From: Balanoglossus misakiensis
Taxonomy: Eukaryota; Animalia; Hemichordata
DNA length: 64,000 nt
Reading direction: 5' to 3'
Assembly: GCA_040954595.2 (NCBI GenBank)
Contig: CM082582.2
Span: 10,407,483 to 10,471,482 of the forward strand
Shown: piece by piece, positions 43,288 through 56,400 of the stretch
How the letters are laid out: each line of letters begins with the position of its first letter
Position numbering within the stretch: the stretch's first letter is position 1
The notes under the pieces: model-generated
Told to the model about the DNA's origin: nothing
The model's input: the letters and a program-made list of their open reading frames with translations, nothing else
Databases searched by the model: none
Made by a program: the position numbers and the translations under genes

Positions 43288-46200
43288 ATGGATGAAGAAA
43301 CGCCTGCTGCAGACTCGACCAGCACTGCAGTGGAGCCTATATCCAGTGAATCTGACGACAGTTCTATAAACATTGAACCCTCTGATGTGGACGAGGACAA
43401 CTGGCAGAAAAGTGCGACAGAAGAGGACGGGGACGATGTAGGCGCTGAAGGTGAACAACCGGACGAGGCAAATTTACTGGAAGAGGAAGTCGGCGATAAA
43501 TTGAAAATAAGCAATGTGTCGGCCGAAACTGAAGTCCAGTACCGAAGTCGTCCTCCCTCCAGTGGGAGTGACAGTGATGGTCTCTCTCAAGAAGAGGAGC
43601 GTGCCTTTCCTGTGATGAGAGAAGACGACTCAAGCGATGCAGAGGAAATCAACACTGTGCACCAAGAAGGAATAGAGACTGAAGAGAGCACACATTTACA
43701 AAGCAGGAATGTATCAAACATTGGTGATGCAACAATCTCTGAAATTCAAAAAGAATCAGTTGAGGAGTTTACTGAGGAGGGGGAAGTTCCCGAGGAGGAT
43801 GCCAATTCAGGGGAGTGGGGCGAGGAACACGATGATATTGAAAAACAAGTTGAAGGTGTTGTTGTTGCATCTGGAAAAGACGAAGCAGAAACCGGGGAAA
43901 TCACAACAGAGACAAGTGAGGCAGTCGCTGAGATTGCCGAGCAGGCTATGGTGAAAAAATCTGAAGGAGCTGTTGCAGATGATTCTGAAATGATAAAACA
44001 TTCGGTGATCTTGACCAAACAAACTGAGATAGAACAGTCTGCCAGTATTGATGCACAGGAATCTGTCAGTGCAGGCAGTGAACATTTGGTTGTAACTCCT
44101 GTGAAAGAAGCCGAAGGTGCAAGCGACGAGGCCGAGGCTGAAAAGGAGACTCTCAAGGAGGCCTCATCTGATGAATCGCTTCAGTCAGGAAACAACAAAA
44201 CCATGCACCACCTAGAGGTGCATGAAGAGGAGGCCGCCGAACTTGACTACGACGAGGAAGTAGTCGACGATCATCCAACTCAGGAACAATCTAAAACAGA
44301 AGAGGACATCACAGACGAGAGAGAGACTTTGAAAAAGAAAGAAAGTGAGAAAGAAGAGGAAGGGAAGGCAGAGACAAAAGGAGACGAGGGCAAGCTGGAT
44401 GAAAGTAAAGAAGAGGATGATGATGATGAAGATGATGGAGAAGTGAAAGATGATGATGGAGAGGATGATGATGATGATGGTGAACTGGAAGATGTAAGTA
44501 AAATATGTTTCATAGTCATTTTTCATCCCCAAATGTTGAGTATACATGTAGAATGTATACTGCATGAAGAACTTGATGATGATATTGATAATCTCTAAGA
44601 TACGGATGCGCATTTGTTCGTGTTACAGGACGATGACCTGGAGGAGGGTGAGGTCAAAGACCCTAGTGGAAGGAAACCCCAGGTGAGACCAGTTTGCAGA
44701 TTTTACAACAAAGGCCACTGCACGTGGGGAGAGTCCTGCAGGTTTCTTCATCCTGGAGTCAATGACAAAGGTATGCACGTGGTATTGTCTTTAAGTTCCA
44801 GTTGTATATTGTTTTATAATGCCAGCAGATGTTATTATGTATTCATCAGACAAAACCTACCAGTTTGCATGTCCTGAAATCATGTTCTTGTATTTTTAAA
44901 CCCATAGGCAACTATTCGCTGATTCCTAATAAAAACAAGCCGCAACCTTTGAACTCTGGCCCGTTTGGCGGTGCGTGGGGAGCAGGGCAGGTAAGATTGC
45001 TTGTGAACTTTTTTCCTTCTATGACTTTGAGCTGACACAGCTGGAACATTCTAATCTTTGCTGATTCTGTGGTGTAGTTGTGTCTCACGTGTGACATTGA
45101 TTTTCTGTAGGGTCCTGAGGATGAAGCATTTCTTCCACCACCTCCCCCGGAAGACCCCCCAATAGAGACTGCATGGGAGAGGGGACTGAGGCACGCAAAA
45201 GAGGTGAAACTAGCTTCCAAGAATCAAATATCTTCTAAGAAATGTAATCTCTCTAATTTGTCTACATGTAAATTCACACAAGTTCTGTGTAATATTCATT
45301 GATTTATTTATTCGTTATTTCAGCTGAGGAAAAAGGCAATGAAGAAGAAGGAAGTAGGTGGAGACTTTGAAGAGAAACGTGGCACTGCAACTTTTGAGGA
45401 GGAAAGAGAACATGACAAGGAAAATGATTATTACCAAAGAGCCGGCAGATACAGGGAAGATTATTATGCTGGGTAAGTGTGGCACCAACCAACAGATATT
45501 GTAGTGAAAATAAGTGTAAGGAATACTTATGTTTGATGTTTGGTCTGTGCCATGTACATGTACATGTGGTCTCATGTTCCTCTTGATTGTCACACAGGTA
45601 TGACTACTATGAGCCAGAATCTTCACAGTACTGGCAAGCAGGGCAGTATGAAAATTTCAGTGTCAGGTGGACACGAGAGCCAGAGCAACCACCAATGCCA
45701 CCGGCGTACGACCATTACAGGGTGAGTAGCTGAGTGAGACTTGTGATTCAATGCTGAGAGTAAAACTGTGGTTGGCACCTACACTGTACTGTTGCATTGA
45801 AGAAAATAAGCGATGTAACGTGACAAAGTTTTCCAGAAAAACTGCAAGTCTGATGTGTGCATTTCTTGCTCTGCAGGAGAACCGACAAAGGGAGAGAGAG
45901 CGGGAAAGGGAACGGGAGAGGGCGCGAGAGCGGAGAGAGCGCGAGAGACAAAGGAAGAGATACTCCCCCGTGCCCAGAGAGCCGACTCCAGAGAGAAGAC
46001 GCAACAAACCTCCTCGCGAACCACGCGACACCCGAGCGGATGTCCGGAACGGCCGGAACTACCGAGAGGAGAGACCGGAGAGAAATGAACCACCAGCGGC
46101 TGTGCCACCCTCGGTGCGGCGACCGGACGAGTGGACAGATCCCTGGCGAAGATCAAAGTCGCCCAAGAAGAGGCCTATATCGCCAAGGAGGTCAAGGTCA

Positions 46201-48716
46201 CGTGGACGAAGGCGACGACGATCCTCGTATTCGTCATATTCGTCAAGATCAACGTACTCGTCTTCCTTGTGAGTGGCAAACTAACGTAGCTGTAATATCT
46301 AAAGGCATCGCAAAGATTTGGTTTTAAAATTTTAGCAATGTATTTTTATTTGTGTCTGTTTGCATTTCCTGTATACATTTACTAATGGAAACATCCACAT
46401 TCTGAGTTAAAAGTTGCAATTCAATTTGTATATTTCAGCTCATCAAGATCACGTTCAAGGTCATCATCATATTCCTCGTACACCAGTCGTTCCAGCCGAT
46501 CAAGGTCGTCCTCTGGTAGCTCATACCGCAGCGGTTCCTACTCAAGTTCACGATCCCGGTCGCCGACCCCCTCGCCCAAGAAGAAGCCTGGGAAGACCAC
46601 ACCCATGCCGGTGCCTGCAACAAAATCAGGACCAGCACCGAAACAGAAGACGAAAGCAGGCAGCAAGCAGCCGGCGGCCGTGCCCCCAAAGCAGCCAGGG
46701 GCCAAACCCTCCACTAAACAAGCCAGTAAGCCACAGAGCAAACAACAGCCTCCCCCAAAACAAGTGACAAAACAAAGGTGAATCTCTCTCTCTCTCTCTA
46801 AATTGACATCTGGCACAAGTTAGAGGACTCTGGCTGTCCAGCTATGTTAGCGTCAATTTTGAACTTTAACCCCAACTCTTCTTATAATTCCACAGTGAAT
46901 CTAAGCAGGCCCCCGTGCCAGCCAAGAAGTCGGCACCTCCGGCCGCCAAGAAGCCAGCGCCCAAGGCAGGACCCAAGACGCCAAGTCCCAAAAGACAGAC
47001 GTCGAAGAGAAAGAGGAGTCGCAGTCGCAGTCGCAGCGTCAGCAGCTACAGCTCTCACAGCAGCCGCAGCAGCTGGAGCTCCTACAGCTCCTCCCGCAGC
47101 AGGTCAAGGTCGCTGTCGTCAAGGTCGCGCTCCCGCAGCATGAGTGTGTCGTCCGTCTCCAGCGTCTCCTCCAGTGCCAGCGCCGACTCTGATCACATGT
47201 ACCGGGATCTGGCCAGCCCAGTGTCTTCAGCAAGCTCGGAGAAGGCCACGCCACCACCTCCAAAGAACGGTATGTCTCGAATGAGTTTGTGACTCTTACT
47301 GTAAAGCCTCTCATGATATGACCTCCTTTTTAATCATAAATGACCATTTTCTAGAGGATTTATTTTTCCCTTGTCTAGCCCTGGCAAAATAATAATCTCT
47401 TGCCTCTTGCACAAACTAGAAGCCAAGCCTCCGAAGAAATCGGTGAAACCCAAAGAGCCACCACCAATCAAGGCCTCTCCAAAACCCTCTCCGAAGGCCT
47501 CCCCTGCACCAGCCCAGAGTAAACAGCAACCGAGTTCCAAGAAGGCTTCCTCCAAGGCCGCGCCGCAGTCTTCAGCTCCGCCACCGAAGCCCTCGTCCAA
47601 GCCAGCTAAGACTACCGAGCCGAAACCCAAAGTCAAGACTGAGAAATCAAATAGTACAAAGTAAGGGATTTGGTTTCTTTTTTTGTTTTGCAACCCATGT
47701 TGTGTTTGTTTGTTACAGTTGGATGGCCACGGTTGTGCCGATTAGAGAAATTCACCATTGTTATCTCTCTCCTCTTCATAACAGAGCGAAGCCTCCAGTG
47801 AGCACCAGTTCCCCAGTATCGTCCTCCAGACCAAACCCGCTGAAGATAAGCGCCCACAAGGACATCAAGCTGACTCTGCTAACTAAAGTGAGTCCAGAAA
47901 TTATCAGTTTTTTTCCCAGTATTGTTCACTTTCCATTTACTTTGGTTTGAAATTTTACCAAGATATAGGTTGACTTTTGAACCCAGTCTCAGGGAAAAGA
48001 CGACTCTAATGACATCATAAGTCACTAGGGGTCAGAGTTCAGAGGGTTAAATCTTGACAGTTTATTTGATATTTTCATCCTGTCTATTACTATCACAGCC
48101 GCCTGCAGAGAAGCCATCCACAACTACCCCAGCCACTGGTAAAAAGAGATATGCACCACCAAGTGAGGGTGCCCCACAGACAAAGAAAACAAGGCCACCA
48201 TCTCCTGCTGTCAAGGCGGCGTCGTCAACAGCTGACAAGACAGGTATGAACCAGTTTTCAATGCAGTCTATTTCTGAACATAAATATATTGCAGTAGAAT
48301 GATGAAATTTATCTTCTTTATGCTCAATACATGGATTGAACTTGTCACAATGTTGGGATTTTTTGCGAAAAATAACAGAATCATAAATAATAACTGTGCC
48401 TCTGTTACTCACAGATATGAAAGTTCCAGCCAAACCTGTACCGACCAAGAAAGCCGCAAAGGATAGCACTACAGTCAAACCCTCAGGGAGCAAAGTCGGC
48501 TCGACGGCCAGCAAAGCAACCAAAACCGCAGCAGAGAAGAAGCCCGCAGCTAAGCCCGCAGCAAAATCGGCGTCGTCGACCGCCACTGGTGGCGCTGCAT
48601 CTAAATCGGCCGCTGCCTCAAAAACGAAAACGACGACCTCGCGCCGAGAGGAGCTTCTGAAACAACTGAGGGCGGTAGAAGATGCAATAGCCAGGAAGAG
48701 GGCTAAAATGCAGTAG
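43288..48716 (+). CDS. ZC3H18: Zinc finger CCCH domain-containing protein 18, multi-exon
   Basis: Long acidic N-terminus with ELDYDEE; DDDLEEGEVKDP; CCCH finger CRFYNKGHCTWGESCRFLHPGVNDKGNYSLI; ETAWERGLRHAKE; DEWTDPWRRSKSP; RS-rich region; DIKLTLL; C-terminal RREELLKQLRAVEDAIARKRAK. Confidence 0.96.
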
Positions 48717-50245
48717 GAAGGGCTTTCACACTGCAAACATTTCTGTGTATATGACATTTTCCATGGACTTGATAATTAATTACTCTTCACATTTTCACGA
48801 GATTTTATACAACTGCCAAAAAGTTAACATTTTATTGTATTTTATTTCCTGAATTCTGAAATCATATAAAATTTGGAGCACATGAAAAAAAAGTTGAATT
48901 GATGTTCTGTGGTTAGAACAGAAGCATTGTAATGAATTTGTTTCTGCCACTCTTTGTTGTGAGAGAGATTCTGTTTTGTTTTGTCAGTGCTTTTGATGGG
49001 TAGTAGACTTGAGGATGTTCGATATTTCGTTTTCTAATAGTGGACGATTTCTGTTCCACATACTGACCTAGAAGCATAAAACATATGATATGCAATGTGA
49101 AACAAATTAGGTTTTAATTTGAGGGCAAAAGTTTGGTGAAATATCTTCAAACATCACATGGCCCTGCATTTTCAAGAGTTTTGTTGTCTTTTTTGACCTG
49201 TTCATCACTGATGTAATTTTTCTCAGCCGTTTGTATGTTTCCGTTATTTCGTTCCATTAAAACATGCTAACTTTGAATATCTGATATCGGTTACTTGAGT
49301 CAAAGCTGATGATGGCACATTCTATTTTGGTATCAAGGAAAGTTTGCAAAATCAGTGAGATCTGATGCAAATAGGATCACTAGAATTATTTTGGAGATGA
49401 TAACCTCAAGTGAATTAAAATCTGTGAAAAAAATGATATGAAGATGTGACAGTCCTTTATGTGCTTGTTGATGGTTATTGAGGAAAAATGGTATAGGGTA
49501 CTCCGTACAATATTTGTGGGGAACTGCCCTGAATCCAATTTATGTATTTTAATGAGCATTGCTTTTTATAGTACGATTTGTCATAAATATGAGTACGCGT
49601 GGGGGTTGGAATGGTAGAATTTATAGAAGAGAAATGATTTTGAGGTGCGTAGATTTTTTTTTGTGAGATGGTGGTTATCTTTGTGTGTAAGAAAGCCTTC
49701 TGAACTTTTCTGTAAAGTGAAGCCATGACTTAAAAGAGTATTTTGGTCATGTGGCTGTTGTCATCAGGGTTAATGTGATGTTTTTCATTCTTTCCCCTAA
49801 TGGAGTTGTTAGTTTTCATCCTAAGCTATTGAAATTTAGAAATGCCATGTACATTTTGAAATAAAAGAAATACCATGTTACATGACGATTTGTGTGTGAG
49901 TGGTTGTGTTGTATTGATTGGCATGAGGGATATGGCATGTCAAACTATCATGTGTACTACACAACTCCATGTTGAAAAGGAGAGAGTGAATAAATCGATT
50001 TCCGCTAATGAAATTGCAAATCGGCTGAAAACTACAACGATGGCAAATTCATAGCAATTTGAATATTATAATTCCCTGGTGAATTTATAAGATTCGCCTT
50101 CGTGGAGAGATGGAGAGTGGGCGTCTGCAAACAAACGAACCCAAATCCATCATGGCGGACGACGAAGAGCGAAAGGAGCTCGGATGACAGCATTAGCTGG
50201 AGTGATTACTCAGGAAATCCCCAGCACTGCTAGATTAGAGGGGAA

Positions 50246-52114
50246 ATGGCGACGTCGACGCCGAAGAAGAAGATCGCGTGTGATATAAGTATCGACGACC
50301 CCATCAGCTCGGACACCGAGAGCGAACTGGAGCTGGGTGAGGATGACACGGTCGACTTAAATTTCAGCGGCACCTTGGCGTTCAGCCCCGCGGATGAAGA
50401 CAAAACCCCGCAGGTCACTTCCATCGGTGCGTACGGCATTCGGGGACGTCGTTCCCACACAGATTCTGTCAAAATTGTCATATATCTCGAGTTTAATCCA
50501 TAGTTATACACATTTCATTTGACTGTCATTACATATAAACAAATTGCCATAACCTGAATCACCCGATGTCTATTACACTTCACATGAATATGTATTACAT
50601 GATTTGTTTATTGTACAGTCCAACACGTATTACTATGAGAATTCCAATGTCGACATATGATACCTCGACTGGATAATACATGCTTATGCATTTACATTAA
50701 ACATTTAAGGCCTTGGAAATCCGAACAGGGATAATTCGTCACACATGAAATGTACCTTGTATAATAAACACTTAAAACAGCATATTTTAATCCATTTTGT
50801 CTAAGGATGTACACTATGTAAAATTGAAAGTACAGTATATGTCATTTATTTTTAATAATAAATTGCTATTTTTTGGATCTCAATTTTCAGTTTTATCAAA
50901 CTGTTATTAACACATTTAGTAGTCACTGTGTCAATATATAAAATATAAGGCAATGAATTTAGCTAATGATGAAGAAATATGCTGAGTCAGCATTTTTGTA
51001 ACCTAGCTATTACAAAAGTTAGCCAAGATAAAAAAACAGCAAACTGGTATGTAATTATTATTCTAGATACTGGATATGTGAGGCATGGAAGTACAGGATT
51101 TCACGACTCTGGGATATCATCGGCGAGTGCCAACTCAAGAACAGACAGAACATCCTTTGAAGTTATCTCAGCCAAGACTATCACCGAAGGCCACACCAAA
51201 TATGTTGTAAGTATCTGAGTATCATTTGTATCTACTTGCACAATGCTTAACTCCACATATCAAACACTCACTGAAGAGATAATTATGTACAGTGAGATGT
51301 TAGCTGCCTTTTGTAAGAATAAACTTCGTCCAACAGTCCTCCTTATTGAGGCATCATGGGTGAAATCCTATTCAAGATAAGAAGTAAAGGGGAAAAAATT
51401 TCAAAGATTTTTTTTTCGCGGGTTTTTTTCTAGTCGTACACAGTAGCAGTTGTGAGATCAATCGGCACGGACTCATCACAGGCCCTGATAGAGAGAAGGT
51501 ACTCGGAATTCCACAGGCTGAACCAACAACTCCGGAGGAGGGTACCGGATCTAATGCAGAATGTGTCCTTTCCCAAAAAGACGATCACGGGAAATTTTAA
51601 ACTGCAAACGATTGCGGAGAGAAGTAGGGCCTTCGAGCAGTTCTTGACTCACATATACACCTTTCCCGAGGTCCGACAGTCGCCCGAGTTTGAAAATTTT
51701 TTCTACCACCGTGACTTGAAGCTAGCGTATAAGTACATGTGTGTGGGTGAATACCAGGAAGCTATACCCCTGCTGCAGAACGGACTCCACCTGCAGGAAA
51801 AACTGCTGGGCGAATCGGACCCCAATGTGGCTGAAACACTGTGTGCCCTCGTCATCGCGTACTGCCACAACGAAAGCGACGCGCACGCCCACAGCTATGC
51901 AAAGGCCGCTCTGGCGTTGATGAACGATGACGACTGCAACATATTTCTGGTGCCACTTCTGCAGACCACGATCGGAATTTGCTGGCGGATGGGGAAGGAT
52001 AAACGACATCTTGAGAGTCGTCTTGCGAGACACGTTGAGGACGCGGTCGATGCCGAAAGCCGGCCGGCGCTGAAGGAATTGGTGCTTATGCGATTCAAGC
52101 ATCTGGGTGAATAG
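50246..52114 (+). CDS. SNX21: Sorting nexin 20/21-like (PX plus PXB/TPR), 3 exons
   Basis: Exons 50246-50426, 51067-51206, 51434-52114. PX motifs IERRYSEFHRL, SFPKKTITGNF, IAERSRAFEQFL, followed by a TPR-like helical region ending LKELV. Probably co-orthologous to SNX20 and SNX21. Confidence 0.88.
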
Positions 52115-53494
52115 TGTGTCGGATTCAGTATTGTATCATCTCATGATGATGAAAACCACTGCCTGCCACTTCTTTATACTAGTATTATGAATAACATACT
52201 TCTTGATATACTTAATATTAGTAATAGAAAAAATCATAACATATCGATAGCTAAATAAGTTGCTGTCATGTAATGGAGTAACCCTATTCACAGTGAAGAA
52301 TATGGCGATTCCGTTTTTGGCTGGGCCTGGGGTGGGAGGTTTCTGTGTGACTTGCAACTTTCTGTGCCACTTAATGCTGTGTATGATTCTAATGGGTCAG
52401 TCCCATTGATTACCGGTACTAGTATTTCCTTTGACCCTTGTATTGCCAATGATGCATTTACTGCATCTGTAGAAAATTCTGATAATTAGTTAAAAAAATA
52501 TACTGTATCATGTAGTGACATAAAATTAGAATTTTTTATAATATTACAATATTTATATAAACTTTCTCAGTAACACAAGTGAACTTTAATTGACAGAATC
52601 AACTTTTGAGCATTTTAACTGTCCACTGATATTTTACAACTCATTCACAACTCACATGGTTTTAGACACACAATGTGAAACACTACCATACTTGCTGACA
52701 TGATTTTGAATGAAAAAAAAATGATCCACCATAGTGACAGTATTAATAAGCCGTTTTCATGACCTGGTGATTCAGATGCAGAGTCTTGCATTAGTTTGAC
52801 TGCCACGAATAGTTCTCACATGAAACTACAGAATACAATGAAGACAGTGACTCCTTCCATCCAAACAGGGTTTTTTGAATTGTTCAAAAAGTTCACTCCA
52901 GTTTTTAACCAGTCGGACAACTTTCAAGTAGTAGTACTAACTGAAAATATGAATATTTATAGTCATATTGTGCAATGTATTTATCAAGTTTTATATACAT
53001 ATTTATTATTCTTATGCTTTCAATGGTATATAACATTTTATTTTAACATGGTGCTTCCTGAGCATGCAAATACATGCAAGTTTGTTCCTTTACAGTTGCA
53101 ACTCACAAGCATATTTATTTATTTTATTTTTTTAACTTTAAACAAATGTGGCTCCCTAGTTACATCGCGTCCAAAATGGTATATGATCACACACACACAA
53201 ATGATTGTGACATTTCTTTATACATGATTTTATACTGGTTTATTGTGAAAATCAATCACTTGTAAAGAATGTGACAAATCTGTTAACATATCAAAGAGTT
53301 ACAGAACATACTTTGTATGAAGCTAACAAAACATTGTCTCGTAACTTTTGCTGGCACAAAATTCAGCACAGATTTGTACAGGCAGTCCTGGATGGATTTG
53401 ACAACATGATGCAAGGGAAAATCTCAAGGGTCAATGGGCAGAAATTTCTGACTGTCTTGAGATTCTCAAGTTGTTTTCCTGACAAGTTCATTCA

Positions 53495-56400
53495 TTAGAG
53501 GTACTGCTTAGCCATTGCTTGGAGAAACTTGTTCTTCCTGGTTTGTGATGCTTGGTTCAAGATCTCCTCTGGGTTGAATGAGTTTAACTCTGGTTTCCCA
53601 ATACATTGAATCTGTAAAATGAACACAAAGCTAGCATCAACAGCAAGAAATGTATATTCCCTGATAAATCTATTCATGTGACAGTCTGTCTTGTACGCAT
53701 TGGTGAAAATAAAAATGACCTTGCATATGATTTACTCACAGCTGTTTTTTTCTTGTCCATTTCACCGTGTTTATTGTGATTGTCTGGAAGGAAAGTGCTG
53801 AGGAAAACTGAAGATGTTAATGTTGAAACAAAAGGATCCCTGAGATCTTACCATTCATAACTTGCCTGTCATTTTGTAAACTAGAGAGAATATGTCGAAA
53901 CAGCACCTTGAACTTTGCCACTGAAACAATTAAAGGATACAGACTAGGAACTCTAGGATGGTCACATCCCAGATGTACTCGTACAGCGAATCCATGGCAT
54001 CATAACTGAAAGAGACAAAATGCAAATTAGGAAAAATTAACAGTCGACCGGCCAAATTTCCCGATTACCAAAAACTGACACAGATGGCGCCCTACTCCTC
54101 ACCAGCTTTTCTCCTGTAGTTCCTTGAACACGGTGGTGTAGTCGACCTGCTCCAGGAACTGACACAAGATGGCCGCCTGGGTGTGGCACTGCAGGCTGGA
54201 GCAGCACTTGATGATTCGCTTGTAGACCTTCTCGTTCCACACGTTCCTCGGCACGGGGAGGTTGAAGAAGTCGGTGACGATCATGGCCGCCTCTATGTAG
54301 TACTTGATGGCTGCAGCATACTCGCCATTGGCTGCGAAGTAAACAGGATAAAGCAACAGGATTTTGGGTAAAATGAACACCTTTGAGACTATGTCAAATT
54401 TGCCACTTTTATTAAATATTTTAGGATACCACAGTACTGTACATTGACAGTTTCTGGTAAAATACTTTGAAATAATATGTTCACTTCTATATTTCTTGAC
54501 TGACTTCATGTCTAACAGAGCCAAAGAAATGCCTGTTGCAGAGCAAATCTGACTTACCGAAATGTATATCAGCATTGGTTTTCAGCCAAGATGGCCAGGA
54601 TGCGTTCACTGTCAGGGCGTGGCCGACCGCCTGGCTTGTCACCATGGTTACAGCATCTTTGCTGATGGCGCTCATACTGAAAAGAATTGCACAGGGTAAA
54701 TAAAGATGGGAGTCTGTCTCATTAGAGGAGTGACTGGGGAGGACGCGCAAGGTTGGCCGACATAGAATATAATTTCATATTGGGCAATATCTAGCCTGCT
54801 GTGAATTAAAGCATGAAAAAATGGTCTCACTTACTTAGTGATTGTGGTTGGCCAGAGTGTTGGGTAATCACTGGACAGATCGGTAGTGATGTCATCCTGG
54901 ATGATGTTGTACATCTTGACAAGACATGAAATCAACATGGAAATGCACACTGTATCCCGTATTTGCTCCAAGAAATGAACAAACTGCTGTCTGCAAAGAA
55001 TGAAGACAAAAGAACACAATTCTGAGCATTTGTATCAGTTCTAAACAAAGGATTTAAATCGTCTTCCCAAATCCCATCTCGGGAACTCTTGTGTGCGAGC
55101 ATGTGCAAACACACCTACCTTGACAAGATGGTGCTAGACGCATCCCTCAGTGCTTGAGTGTTACCCTTGCTGCTTGCGAAACCACGCTTCTGCTGCTGCT
55201 GCTGGGTCATGTTGACAAAAATGGTCGCCATGGCATCCCACACATCCCGGGCAGACTTGCGACTGATCTTGATGTCTGGCAAATCCTTGCACACGCCAGC
55301 AACCAGCTTGCCAAACTGAAAATGAAAGGTACTATGAGCATCTCTCAGATTTTATCTGAGTTGCTGAAGACAGGAACTGATGGGGGTCGGGTCAATCAAT
55401 CAATCAATCTAGGTAGCTCACCTCTGCATAGGGAGATCTGTTCTTCCCATCCAGGAGTGCAGTCCAGGAATTTGTGTTGATCAGGAAAGCCACGCACTGC
55501 TCTGTGATTTCGTCCTCTGGTGGGATGTCTGTCGGATTTCAAAGGGAAATGAATCTAGTTCTCCAAATTTTTACAGTCACAATGTTTTCACTTGGAAGTG
55601 AATGAAAGATATATAACATATCAGATATTTCTGAATTTAGTTTCAGCTATTCTTCTCAAAATGACCAATGCTAAAAATTCATGGTGACTGTCAAAGTACG
55701 CTTTATTCTACAAAAGCCCTTGGATTCTACTGACCGCTTGCTGAGGAAGTCAGACAGGCCATCACTCTTTTAACGTAGTGCGTCTTTTCATCTTCACTGA
55801 GAGCGCTTGCATCTTGACTCAGCATTTCAACGTACAGGATCTCTTGACTTACAGCCTTGGCGAGTTTGAAGGAGTGGTCTTTCACCGACTCGTGGGCTTT
55901 CTCCAGGAGCTTCTTGGCCATGCCGTAGTTCTGGAAGGAGAGAAAGTAAATTACAACAACTTGGTGTCAGTTTTATGCCACTTCGTTAATGTCTTTTACA
56001 TGAGCATCCATTTAATGTAAAGGCCTCTGTGTGAAGCCAAAATTGTGAGAAAAACTCACTTGCAAGTCTCTTTAAACGCGTCGAATCTACCTCACCTTGA
56101 TATTGATGCAGTGTTTTGCTTTGACCAGTGTCAGGAATACTAAATCCTGCGTTTTGCTGTTTCCCATCCCATCAATGACAAAACTGTAGCCCTTGGATAT
56201 CTGCCACTGAAAAAGGCAACATGGACATTTTGATTTGGCAGGAATAACTGAAAACTGCTGAACATGGCACATAGCTTTCAAGTCAAGTCCGACCGTTATA
56301 GACATCACTGCCTAACTACATGCATTCTCTACCCTGAATCATCCAAAATATTTTTCTGCTGACCTTGTCGCATATTGATGAGTATCGTTTTCCGGGAGTA

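Noticed and set aside
43135-48757. Long minus-strand and alternative-frame ORFs over ZC3H18 (e.g. 48062-48757, 44212-44613)
   Set aside because: Shadow ORFs of low-complexity coding exons.
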